Shown here: piece after piece, positions 17,909-28,300 of the stretch | How positions within the stretch are numbered: position 1 is the stretch's first letter | How the letters are laid out: the number at the start of each line of letters is the position of its first letter | Source of the DNA: Verrucomicrobiota bacterium | GTDB lineage: Bacteria; Verrucomicrobiota; Verrucomicrobiia; Verrucomicrobiales; DEV007 | Reading direction: 5' to 3' | DNA: 52,393 nucleotides | Assembly (NCBI GenBank): GCA_045046875.1 | Contig: JASFYY010000087.1 | Coordinates: forward strand, 1 to 52,393 | Program-made: the position numbers and the translations under genes | Notes under the pieces: generated by a model | What the model saw: only the letters and a program-made list of their open reading frames with translations | Told to the model about the DNA's origin: nothing | Database searches by the model: none

Positions 17909-19549
17909 TTAATCGGCGTATTTGAGCAATAGGCGTTTCACTTCGGCCATGCCGTCCGGGTGTTGGATGCCCCAGTGTTTGCTGGGGATAATGGTTTCAC
18001 TCTGGGCTCCTTCGAGGTGACTGCTCCAGTAGGGAACAATGCTGTCGGTGCTGACGGGTGGGGTGTGGTCGAGATTGCCACCCTTGCCCTGGTCGCCGAT
18101 GATCGAGTGGTAGGGAATGTTTGATTTGATCGGCAGGCTGTTGACCAGGCCGAGGAAGGTGCTGCCTGGGTCGAGAATCTCAACGCTGTTGGGCAGGTGT
18201 TTTCTGCCTTCACGGAATTCGGGGCGGGCATATTGCAGGGCTTCTCTATTAACTTGATCCATGGTGATCGGGTTGCCGATCAGTTTGGCGCCCATGCGCC
18301 CCCAGAAGTTCACGGCGGTTTCGCTGCCGCGCAGGGAGGCGTTAGAGAAGATGACGCGGGAAACGTCGGGGCGGGCTTTGAAGATGAGCATTTTGCTGAG
18401 GACCAAACGGGTTTCATCGTGGAAGGGAATTTTATCAGGCGCCTGGGGGAAATAGGTGTCCCATAACTTCATCCCGCTGTCGCTGATCAGCATGCGGCTG
18501 ATATTGCCGCCGAGACTGTGTCCGATGATGACAAAATCCTTGTGATTGGGATAATTTTGACTCATTTGATCCATTTGCATGCGCAACTGAGCGGCCGGGA
18601 TCGGGTAGGGTTGGCCGGATGAGTAGCTGAAAACCCAGAACTGGTATGTGTGGCGGATTTTCTTATTATTCCGCAGGTCGTTGATCATCGGCATCCAGGT
18701 GGATTGTGAATCACCCAGGCCATGAATAAAAATGACCGGGATTTTGTCAGGGTCGTAGGGTTGCAGGCGTGAGAGTCGAGCTGAGTGTTCGTATTTCTGT
18801 GGTTTGAACATCATGCCTCGGCCGGTTTTTTTCGGATGGGATTCAGCCATGGATAAAGCCAGCGGGGCTTGGAAATCGGTTGCCAGGGGGTAGCTGTGAC
18901 CATCCAGGGACAGGGTATCTTCTCGTAATGGATCGATAAATTCCATGGTGCATTTCCGGCCTTTGAAGCGAACCATGGCGGTGAACCCGTAATAAATACG
19001 TTTGCCCTGGGCAAATTGGTCTACTTTGGTGAAGTCCATGTCTTTGCCAATGACGATCGCGGGGGCTCCCAGTCCGGGCGGCAGCACTCGCTCGCCGATC
19101 CGGGTGCCGCGAAAGCGGTAACGGTCCGAAGCCAGGATGTGAAAGTTGGAGGGGTGGTATTCGGGGCGGGGGTCGGGAGGCTTGAGGCTGAACTGCCAGT
19201 TTTTTCCATCAGCCGAGGCGCAGGAAAGGGGCTTGTCCCAGGGTTCCAGATCATCATCTTCGATGACTTCTAAAATACGCGAAACGGCAAAATCGTAAAT
19301 GTCACGAGCGTTTTCATCGTTAGGTTGGTCGATTAGTTTTAATCGTGCGTCATTCGCGGCGTCCAGGTAGTGACCTATTTTGATCAGCGGTTGTTTGGAG
19401 TGGGGCCGGATGGAGCGGTAGAGGGATTTTTGCCCGGGGGTCGCGGCAACGGCCCACAGGGGGCGCTTGATGACTTTGGAGTATTGGCTGCACCCGTTGA
19501 GTAAGAGAAGGCTGAGCATCAAGCTCAAAAAATGGAGTGTTTTTTGCAT
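17909..19549 (-). CDS. Lipoprotein alpha/beta hydrolase (lipase/esterase), paralog 1
   Basis: Lipobox LLNG-C; PVIFIHGL, GHSLGG, DSIVPYWS, PSKH. Confidence 0.88.
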   Translation of the reverse strand: MQKTLHFLSLMLSLLLLNGCSQYSKVIKRPLWAVAATPGQKSLYRSIRPHSKQPLIKIGHYLDAANDARLKLIDQPNDENARDIYDFAVSRILEVIEDDDLEPWDKPLSCASADGKNWQFSLKPPDPRPEYHPSNFHILASDRYRFRGTRIGERVLPPGLGAPAIVIGKDMDFTKVDQFAQGKRIYYGFTAMVRFKGRKCTMEFIDPLREDTLSLDGHSYPLATDFQAPLALSMAESHPKKTGRGMMFKPQKYEHSARLSRLQPYDPDKIPVIFIHGLGDSQSTWMPMINDLRNNKKIRHTYQFWVFSYSSGQPYPIPAAQLRMQMDQMSQNYPNHKDFVIIGHSLGGNISRMLISDSGMKLWDTYFPQAPDKIPFHDETRLVLSKMLIFKARPDVSRVIFSNASLRGSETAVNFWGRMGAKLIGNPITMDQVNREALQYARPEFREGRKHLPNSVEILDPGSTFLGLVNSLPIKSNIPYHSIIGDQGKGGNLDHTPPVSTDSIVPYWSSHLEGAQSETIIPSKHWGIQHPDGMAEVKRLLLKYAD

Positions 19550-19610
19550 GGCTCCCCATTTTTAAAGGCTGTGAGGTCTTTAGTCAAGATCACAGCGAGG
19601 GGGGCTTTAA

Positions 19611-21251
19611 TCAGTATTTTTTCAAGATGCGTTTCACTTCGGCCATGCCGAGGGGGTGAAGGATGCTCCAGTGTTCGCTGGGGATGACCAATTCGCTTTG
19701 GGCGCCGTCGAGGTGACTGCTCCAGTAAGGGACGATGCCATCACTGCTTTGTGGTTTGGTGTGATCGAGGTTGTCGCCTTTACCCCGGTCACCAAGGAGT
19801 GAGTGGTAGGGGATGCCGGGTTTGATCGGCAGGGCATTGACGGATAAAAGGAACTGGCTCTCCGGGTTCAAAATTTCGACGCTGTTGGGAAGATGTTTTT
19901 TGCCCATGGCTTTGACTTCCGGGCGCAGGTATTCCAGTGTTTCTTCGGTGATTTGATCTTCGGCGAGCGGGTTGCCGATCAGCTTGGCTCCCATGCGGCC
20001 GACAAAGTTGGTGGCGTCATTGCTGCCGCGCAGGGAGGCGGAAGCGAAAATGACTCGTGATATGTCGTTGCGGGCTTTGAAGATGAGCGATTCACTGAGA
20101 AATTTGCGGGTATCTTCGTGGAAGGGGATATCGCTGGGGTCCTGGGCGAAATATTTGTCCCAGAGTTTCATTCCCGAGTCGGTGATCAGCAGGCGGGTGA
20201 TGTTGCCACCCAGGCTGTGGGCGACCACTACGATGTCTTTGTGGCCGGGGTATCTCTTTTTCATCTGGTCAAGTTGGGTGCGTAAAATAGCGGCGTTGGC
20301 AGGGTAGGGAACGCCGGTGGGATAGCTGAAAAACCAAAATTGGTAGCGCATGCGGATTTGTTCGTCATTCCTCAGATAACTAAACATAGGGGCCCAGGTG
20401 GCAGGAGAATTGCCCAGTCCATGAATGAAGAGAACCGGGGTTTTGGATGGGTCGTAAGGTTGGAGCTGGGCTAGGCGCGCGGAGTTTTCGTGTTTGCTGG
20501 GTGAGAACATACCGGACAGTTCGACTTTTTTCAGATCCAGGTCAGCCAAGGTCAAGGCCAGTGGTGCTTGGAAATCAGCTGCGAGCGGGTAGCTGCGGCC
20601 ATTGAAAGATACGTTTTCTTTTGCCAGGGGGTCGATCAATTGCAGTTCGCAGTTGCGGCCATTGAATTGGATCACAGCGGTCAAGCCATAAAACATCGGC
20701 AAGCCCTGTTTGGCATACTTGCTGAATTCTTTTAAACTGGCATCTTTGGCGATAGCAATGACGGGGGCTCCCAGGCCTTCTTTTAATATACGTTCGCCGA
20801 CCAGTTTGCCTTTGAAGTCGTAGCGGTCGGCCGAGCTTAACTGATAGAGGTTTAGATTATCGGCTTGGCGCTGGTGCGCGGGTTTGAGGCTGAGGCTCCA
20901 TTGACCGCTGGTATCGGATTCACAGCCGAGTGGGTTTTCCCATGGGCGCAGATTGGCCTCGCTGATGATTTCTACGATGCGGGAGGTGGCGAAGTTGTAG
21001 TCGACCAGAGCAACTGTATTCTGGGGATGGGTCACCAGGCGCAAACGTGCCGCATTGGCGGCGTCCAGATAGAGGGCGAGCTGTTTGTGTGGTTGTTTAG
21101 AGAACTTTTTGGTGGATTTGTATAAATCTTTTTGCTCGGCGGTGACCGTTACTTTGGATATCGGGCGCAGTCTGGCCTTGGAATAATGGCTACAGGCAGG
21201 CAGCAGGAGGCAGAGACTTAAAACGAGTAATTGATGGAGTAGTTTCTGCAT
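19611..21251 (-). CDS. Lipoprotein alpha/beta hydrolase (lipase/esterase), paralog 2
   Basis: Lipobox LLPA-C; PVLFIHGL, AHSLGG, DGIVPYWS, PSEH. Confidence 0.88.
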   Translation of the reverse strand: MQKLLHQLLVLSLCLLLPACSHYSKARLRPISKVTVTAEQKDLYKSTKKFSKQPHKQLALYLDAANAARLRLVTHPQNTVALVDYNFATSRIVEIISEANLRPWENPLGCESDTSGQWSLSLKPAHQRQADNLNLYQLSSADRYDFKGKLVGERILKEGLGAPVIAIAKDASLKEFSKYAKQGLPMFYGLTAVIQFNGRNCELQLIDPLAKENVSFNGRSYPLAADFQAPLALTLADLDLKKVELSGMFSPSKHENSARLAQLQPYDPSKTPVLFIHGLGNSPATWAPMFSYLRNDEQIRMRYQFWFFSYPTGVPYPANAAILRTQLDQMKKRYPGHKDIVVVAHSLGGNITRLLITDSGMKLWDKYFAQDPSDIPFHEDTRKFLSESLIFKARNDISRVIFASASLRGSNDATNFVGRMGAKLIGNPLAEDQITEETLEYLRPEVKAMGKKHLPNSVEILNPESQFLLSVNALPIKPGIPYHSLLGDRGKGDNLDHTKPQSSDGIVPYWSSHLDGAQSELVIPSEHWSILHPLGMAEVKRILKKY

Positions 21252-21294
21252 GAGAGAGAAGTGTATTGTTAATACGTTATTTGTAGAAAAATGT

Positions 21295-21323
21295 AACCAC
21301 TGATTTCACTGATGGGCACTGAT
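21295..21323. repeat. AAC-(CACTGAT)x3 periodic dispersed repeat
   Basis: AACCACTGATTTCACTGATGGGCACTGAT; related copies at 38880, 42131 and, inverted, 42269. Confidence 0.8.
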
Positions 21324-21426
21324 GGGAAAGAGGAAATGATTCAGGAGAAGATCTATACTGCACGGCAAAAAAATGTCGAGTGGGTGATGGAAGTTATCAG
21401 AGCCCGGTAAGTTTGCCTGAGCTCAA

Positions 21427-22053
21427 CTAATCGCTGCCAACCAGGCCGGTTTTTAATGATTCCTGCGGGGGCTGACCGATCCACAGGCGCATGATGGCGT
21501 GGTAGAAGTCGTCATCGGGGATGGTATGCAACTCTTTACCATCAACCGCCACACGCATTCCTTTCCCTGGTAGGAAATCGATATTGATCGTGCTGTATTT
21601 CACCAGTGAGGAGCCACCATGAAAGCATTTCATGAAGTCTTTTAAGTGCTGGGCGAATTTTTCTTTTTCAGTTTCGGAGAAATTCACATCGATATTTTTC
21701 TCGATGGTAGAGACAAAGCGTTTTTTGCTGACGCCGTGTAACATGGTGATGTGGATGCGTTTTGGATCACGATTGTCCATGATCGTTTTTGCATCGTGGT
21801 TTTTCTCGCGCAGGTAAAGGGCGACAACATAGACATTAAATCCCCATTTGGAGCGGACCGCGGTGCCGTTCAGGTGCAGTTTGTTTTTATCAATGGCAAT
21901 AATTCCAGGTAGCAGGATGCCTTTGACATGTTCTGCCCGGATCGTTGGAACCGAGAGGCTGATGAGCAGCAGAGTGAAAGTAAAAGCGAGGATGTGAGGC
22001 CAAGGGTGACGTCTGGTTGATTTCATATAACGAAATAGCGACACGAAGCGCAT
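21427..22053 (-). CDS. Chalcone isomerase-fold (Chalcone_3) exported protein
   Basis: Signal peptide; L.LNGTAVRSKWGFNVYVVALYL, F..AI.RLWIG.PPQESLK.GL.G. Confidence 0.88.
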   Translation of the reverse strand: MRFVSLFRYMKSTRRHPWPHILAFTFTLLLISLSVPTIRAEHVKGILLPGIIAIDKNKLHLNGTAVRSKWGFNVYVVALYLREKNHDAKTIMDNRDPKRIHITMLHGVSKKRFVSTIEKNIDVNFSETEKEKFAQHLKDFMKCFHGGSSLVKYSTINIDFLPGKGMRVAVDGKELHTIPDDDFYHAIMRLWIGQPPQESLKTGLVGSD

Positions 22054-22384
22054 ATATTTTTCATAAAAAGTATTTTTTAAGCTAATACAGCAGATGAGCG
22101 TGTCAAGATGGTAGCACTGGTGTTTGTAAGCAAGGGTGGTAAGTGAGCCATGGGATGGATGAAGTGGCGTTTTTCCTCAACCGGTGCTTGCAAAAGGTTC
22201 TATCCTGTGCGAATTCCTGACTTCTTCCTCAACAGTTATAAGCTGTGAAGGGAGTAGCGTGCAGTTTTGTGTAGTTCTACTATCCAATCCGGCTTAAATT
22301 ATGCTCTAAAATTGAAGTTGCTGTTTTGTGTTCTGTTTAAAGAAAGAGGGAGCATAAGGAAACGATAAAATATATCTGGTTCAA

Positions 22385-25300
22385 ATGGACAAAGAAAAAA
22401 TTGCTATCATTGGAATGGGCTGCCGCTTTCCCGGCAAGCTGAATGATGTGGAATCTTACTGGGATTTTTTGCTGAAGGGTGGGAATGCTGTGGTGGAGGT
22501 GCCTTCGGATCGCTGGAATGTGGAGCGTTTTTATGATGCTGAGCCTGGTTTGGCTGGCAAAACGATCGCTAAGTGGGGGGGCTTCATTGAAGGCATTGAT
22601 CAATTTGATCCGCAATTTTTTGGAATTTCACCGCGTGAAGCTCCGTATATCGATCCACAGCAGCGTCTGTTGCTGGAGACGGCTTATGAAGCGATCGAAG
22701 ATGCCGGGGTGATCCTTGATTTTGAGAATGGCACTAATATTGGCGTGTTCGCCGGTATTTCACATACGGATTACCAGAGCATCCAGGGAAGTGCGACGGA
22801 TAGAACGGGCATCAGTCCTCATTCTCCGACCGGAAATGCGCACAGTATCGCTGCCAACCGGATTTCATATTGCCTGAACCTGATTGGACCTAGTATCGCT
22901 ATGGATACGGCTTGTTCGTCGGCGCTCAGTGCGACGCATGCAGCTTGTGAGGAACTTTTGAAAGGTCGCTGTGACATGGCATTGGCCGGTGGGGTGACGG
23001 TGATGATCACTCCAGACGGTTTTATCGGTTTTTCCCAGGCGGGAATGCTTTCGCCTAGTGGGCAATGCCGGGCGTTTGATGCTTCGGCCAATGGTTTTGT
23101 GCGTGGTGAAGGCGCGGGCATGGTTTTATTGAAACCACTTTCCAAAGCAGTAGCTGACGGAGATCAGATTTATGCGGTGATCAGTGGTACTTCGACCAAT
23201 CAGGACGGTCACACCAATGGGATTTCACTGCCCGGTGAGGACGCGCAACGGCGCTTGGTGAAAGATGCCTGTAAGGATGCGGGTGTTGACCCGAGCACTA
23301 TCGGTTACGTCGAAGCTCACGGCACAGGAACGGCAGTGGGGGATCCGATTGAGGCGCATGCTTTGGCGGGTGCTTTGTGTGAGAATCGTTCTGCTGATGA
23401 ACCATTGGCGATTGGTTCGGTCAAATCCAACCTGGGACACTTGGAGACGGCTGCGGGCGTAGCGGGTCTGATCAAGGCGGCTTTGGTGGTCGAGCGCGGA
23501 CAGATTCCGCCGAGTTTGCATTTTGAAAAACCCAGCGAGCACATCGATTTTGACGAGTGCAAGTTGCGGGTGCCGGTTGAAGTTGAAGATTTCCCTGAAA
23601 CCAATGGTGACGGGCCTCGTCTGGTGGGAATCAACTCTTTTGGTTTTGGTGGAGCGAATGCGCACATTATTCTGGAACAGCCTCCGGTTCAGGAGACCAA
23701 ACGCAAAGCTTCTGGGAAATCGGCCAAATCTTGGCCGGTGATGCTTTCTGCTCGTTCGGAAGAGTCGTTGAAAGCGGCGGCGGGTGATCTGGCGGACTGG
23801 GTGGAAGCCCAGGACGTGAGTGAGGGAAGTGATACTTTATTGGGGGATCTGGTGTTCACGCTGGGGGCACGACGCAACCAACACGCTTATCGCCTGACGG
23901 CAGTGGTCACTTCGGCGGCCGAGTTGGTGGAGGAGCTGCGTGCTCACGTCGAAGAGGAGAACGGCACCACTTTGCGTGATTCGTTCACGCCGGCACCGGA
24001 ACATCCGGTTCGAGTGGGTTTTATCATGAGTGGTCAGGGACCACAGTGGTGGGGCATGGGACGGGAACTGATGGCGAGCGAGCCGGTGTTTCGCGAGGCG
24101 ATGGAAGCTTGTGCGGCGGCGATGGAGCCACATGCGCAGTTTTCGCTGCTTGAGGAACTGGCACGCGACGAGGAAGATTCCCGTTTGAAACAAACGGCGA
24201 TTGGCCAGCCGGCTATTTTTGCGATGCAGTATGCGCTGTGTGAATTGTGGAAATCGTGGGGGGTGGAACCTGCTGCGATCACTGGTCACAGTGTGGGCGA
24301 AATTGCCGCGGCCTGCCTGGCAGGAATTTTGACGATGGAAGAAGGCGCGCGAGTGATCGTGCTGCGGGCACAGTTGATGAATGAGTGTGCGCGTGGAGAA
24401 GGCACGATGTTGGCGATAGCGGTCACTAAGGAGAAAGCGGAGGAATTGATCAACAAGCACGACGCTTCGGTGAGCATCGCCGCTTTCAACGGCCCGCAAT
24501 CTTTGACTTTGTCTGGACCGGAAGCTGCGCTGAAATTGATTCAGGAAGAGCTGGAAGCTGAAGAGATTTTTGCGCGTTTTGTGAAAGTGGATCATCCTTT
24601 CCATCACGCTTTGATGCAACCTGCCGCTGATGCTTTGGAAAAAGCGCTGGCAGATTTCACTCCGCAGGAAGAGACGGTGCCATTTTTCAGCACGGTGACC
24701 GGAGAGCGTTGTGACGGCAAAGACGTCACCGCTAATCACTGGGCGCGAGGCATTCGTCAACCGGTGCAATTTGTGTCTGCGGTGGGAGCTGTGGATGAGT
24801 TTGGAGTGGATGTGTGGCTGGAGATCAGCGCTCATCCGGCTTTGGCGATTTCGATCAAGGAGTGCCTTGCTGATAGTGAGAACAAATCGACGGTGGTAGC
24901 CTCGGCTCGTCGTGAGCGCGAGTATGCTTCGGCTCTCGAAGCCGCTCTCGAACTGCATCGTTTGGGTGTGGTGATGGATTTTGCGGCGATGACGCCATCG
25001 CGCCATCTGTTGACTCTGCCGACTTACGCCTGGAATATGGAGCGTTGGTGGCATGAAGCTGGAGAGCTGCGCGACAGTCGTCTGGCTCCCGGTGGCAAAG
25101 GTTTGCTTGATACCCGCACGCCACGTGCCACCCCTACCTGGACTACTCGTCTCGATGAGCGTCACATGGCTTACCTTCGTGATCATAAAGTGGACAGCCA
25201 CGTGGTTTTCCCTGCGGCTGCTTTTATCGACATGGTTCTGGAAGCTGGGATCGAGATTTTTGAAGGTCGTCCTTTTGCGATCGAAGGTCTGGATATTCGC

Positions 25301-28300
25301 AAGCCTTTGATCATGTCCGATCCGCCGGTGGGGCTGATCCTGGAGCTGAGTTATGATCCGAATGAGCGCACATTTTTGATTCAGAGTTGTTTTGAGCCTT
25401 CGGACACATGGTCCGTCCATGTGGTGGGTTACCTGCGCTCGGAGCGGGTGGAGTCTTCTTTCACGGAGTCTGATTGGGAAGCTCCGGGGGATGATCTGGC
25501 ATCGGTTCCTGCAGATGAATTTTACGAATACATGGCGAACCTCGGTTTGCGATACGGCGACGAGTTCAAGCCAGTCAAAGAGTTGAACGCCAGTAATGGC
25601 AAATCATCCGGAGTGGTGAAGATGTCCGAAGCCAGCGCCAAACGTGTTGGTGAATATGCCTTGCATCCGGTTATTCTGGACGGGGCGTTGCACGTCTTTT
25701 CTGCTGGAGCACAAACCATTGAGGATCGCAAGGCGGGGATGAAACTGCCGGTTCGTTTTGATCGTATTTTGTATGTCAAATCTCCGGGTGCGACCAGTCG
25801 GGTGCGGGCCGAGGTTTTGACCTGCAACGAAGAACTGATCGAAGGCCGGATTGGCTTGTATGATGAGTCGGGCAGCCCTTGTGTGCTGGTTGACGGTTTT
25901 CGCGCGGTGGCGATGAGTTCGGTTAGGCGTTCGGGAGCTTCCGGCGGTGGCCGCGATGTGGTTTACCATGTGGATTGGGAACGTTCGGATGCGGCGGCCC
26001 AGCCCAAAGCTCTGGAGTCCATGCCGTTGCAAGATTTGAGCAAAACCGTGGAGACCGCACTCAATGAAGTGCTGGACATGCGCGGTCGTGACAAACTGAT
26101 CAAGGTGATGGCGGACGAGGATGTTCTAGCTGCGGCACAGATCGCCAATGGTATGCGTGAGATGGGGGTTAACGCCAAAACGGCGGCAACATTTTCCGCC
26201 GATTCACTCAAGGTCACCGAGTTGATGCGTCCGGTGTTCAAGCGTCTGATGGACAAGCTGGCCAAACGTGGATTGGTTGAAGCTGCCGGAGAAGGCTGGA
26301 CGGCTTTGCCAGCTTTTGATGAAGCGGCCCAATCCTCCGATGCGGCATTGAAAAATTTCCTGATCAATCATCCGGGGCATTTGCCGGAGGGTATGATCTG
26401 TGCCACCACCGGAGCGGATTTCGGTCCGATTCTGACGGGTGAAAAAGACGCGGTGCAGGTTCTTTTCGGCGGTCCCGGAGCTGACTTGTTGGAGCAGTTT
26501 TACGGTGATGGTTTGTTTTCCAGTCACTGGATGACCGGTATGGCTGCCGGGGTACAGGAAGCGGCGCGCCGTCTTCCAGAAGGACGAGGTTTGCGTATTC
26601 TTGAAGTGGGTGCGGGAACCGGTGGTTTGGCGGCATACATTTTGCCTCAGCTGGAACGCAATCTTCACAGCTATATCTTTACCGACGTTTCGGCTGGTTT
26701 CTTCCTGCCGGCGCAGCAGAAATTGGCGGCTTTCCCAGAGGTTGAGTATAAAGCGTTCAACCTCGAAAAAACGCCTGAAGAGCAGGGGTTTGATGAGGGG
26801 CCTTTTGATTTTATCGTCGGTACCAACGTATTGCACGCGGTGGCGGATGTGACGGAGAGTGTGAAAAATCTGCATGAGATGTTGGCTCCAGGCGGCACCT
26901 TGTTGTTCATGGATTTGGCGACGCCGCAGTTGTGGACGGAAATGACCTTTGGTTTGACCAGTGGCTGGTGGAGTTTCACTGACCGCGATTTGCGTCCTGA
27001 CCAGCCTTTGATTTCGCGTGAGACCTGGGCAAAAGTTCTGGAAAATTCTGGATTTGAAGAAGTCACCACATTGCCCGGCTTGCTGGGGCCGGAAGGTGGC
27101 GAGGGACAGGTTGGTATCATGGGGCGTAAAGCCTGGGATGGCAAAGCGCCTGTTCGTATTGCTAAGAAATCTTCCGAGGAAACGGAGGAGGGTGAAGAAG
27201 CTGAAGTGGTGGAGACGCCAGAAGAGCCGGAGGCAAGTTCATGGGTGATATTCGCTGATGAAGAAGGAGTGGGCGCGAGTCTTGCGCAAAACTTAAAATC
27301 GGAAGGCAAAGAGTGCCGGGTGGTGACCCAGGCAGGGGCTTTCGCGGACAAAGGCGAGGGTGCTTTTGAGATGAACCCGGAAAATCCGGAAGATTGGACA
27401 AAGCTGTTCGAATCATGGACTGCCGAAGAGCGACCCCAGCGATTTGTTTATATGTGGACGATTGACGAGAAGATTGCCGAGGATGGCAAGGATGCGTTGA
27501 TTGGCACCGATTCCATGTTGCATTTTTCCCATGCGTTGGATCAATTTTATCCAACCGGCGGTTGTCGTGTGGATCACATCACTCGAGGGGGACAACCCGC
27601 AGGACGTGATCAAGGTCCGGTGACGGTGAGCCAGGGACCGGCGATTGGTTTGTTCCGGGTGGTTCTCAGTGAACATCCTAACATTCCTTGTCAGGGAGTT
27701 GATTTACCTACTCAGGTTTCGGCTGATGATGCAGAAATGTTGTTGGCTGAGTTTCGCAGCCCTAACACCGACCGAGAGGTGGCTTTGCGTGGTGAAGCGA
27801 GGTATTCGCAGCGCTTGACCAGAGGTCTGGCTGTTGATGAGAAAATTTTGCCACCCGACGTATCCTTGCGTTTGGAATCCCGTGAGCGTGGTATCCTCGA
27901 CAGTTTGAAGTTCACTGCTTTTGCTAATGAAGAATGTGCCGCTGGCGAGATTTTGATCAAGGTCAAAGCAGCGGGCATGAACTTCCGCGATGTGCTTAAA
28001 GCACTGGCACTTTATCCTGCTGAAACGGCTGATGCCCGGATGTATGGAGATGAGGTGGCTGGTGAGGTGGTCGCGATTGGCGAAGGAGTAGACAATGTCG
28101 CTGTAGGTGACCAGGTTTTTGGTTTGGCTGTTTTTGGTCTAGCCACACACACTTTGGCTCGCGCGGCTGATGTGACGCTTATTCCCGAGGGAGTAACGCA
28201 TGAGGAGGCGGCTACGTTGCCGGTGGTGTTCATGACTTCCTGGCATGCTTTGAAACACGCGGCGCGTTTGCGTAAAGGTGAATGGATTTTGGTTCATGCC

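Noticed and set aside
23837..25420. 527-aa antisense ORF inside the PKS
   Set aside because: Shadow of a strongly supported gene; no recognisable motifs
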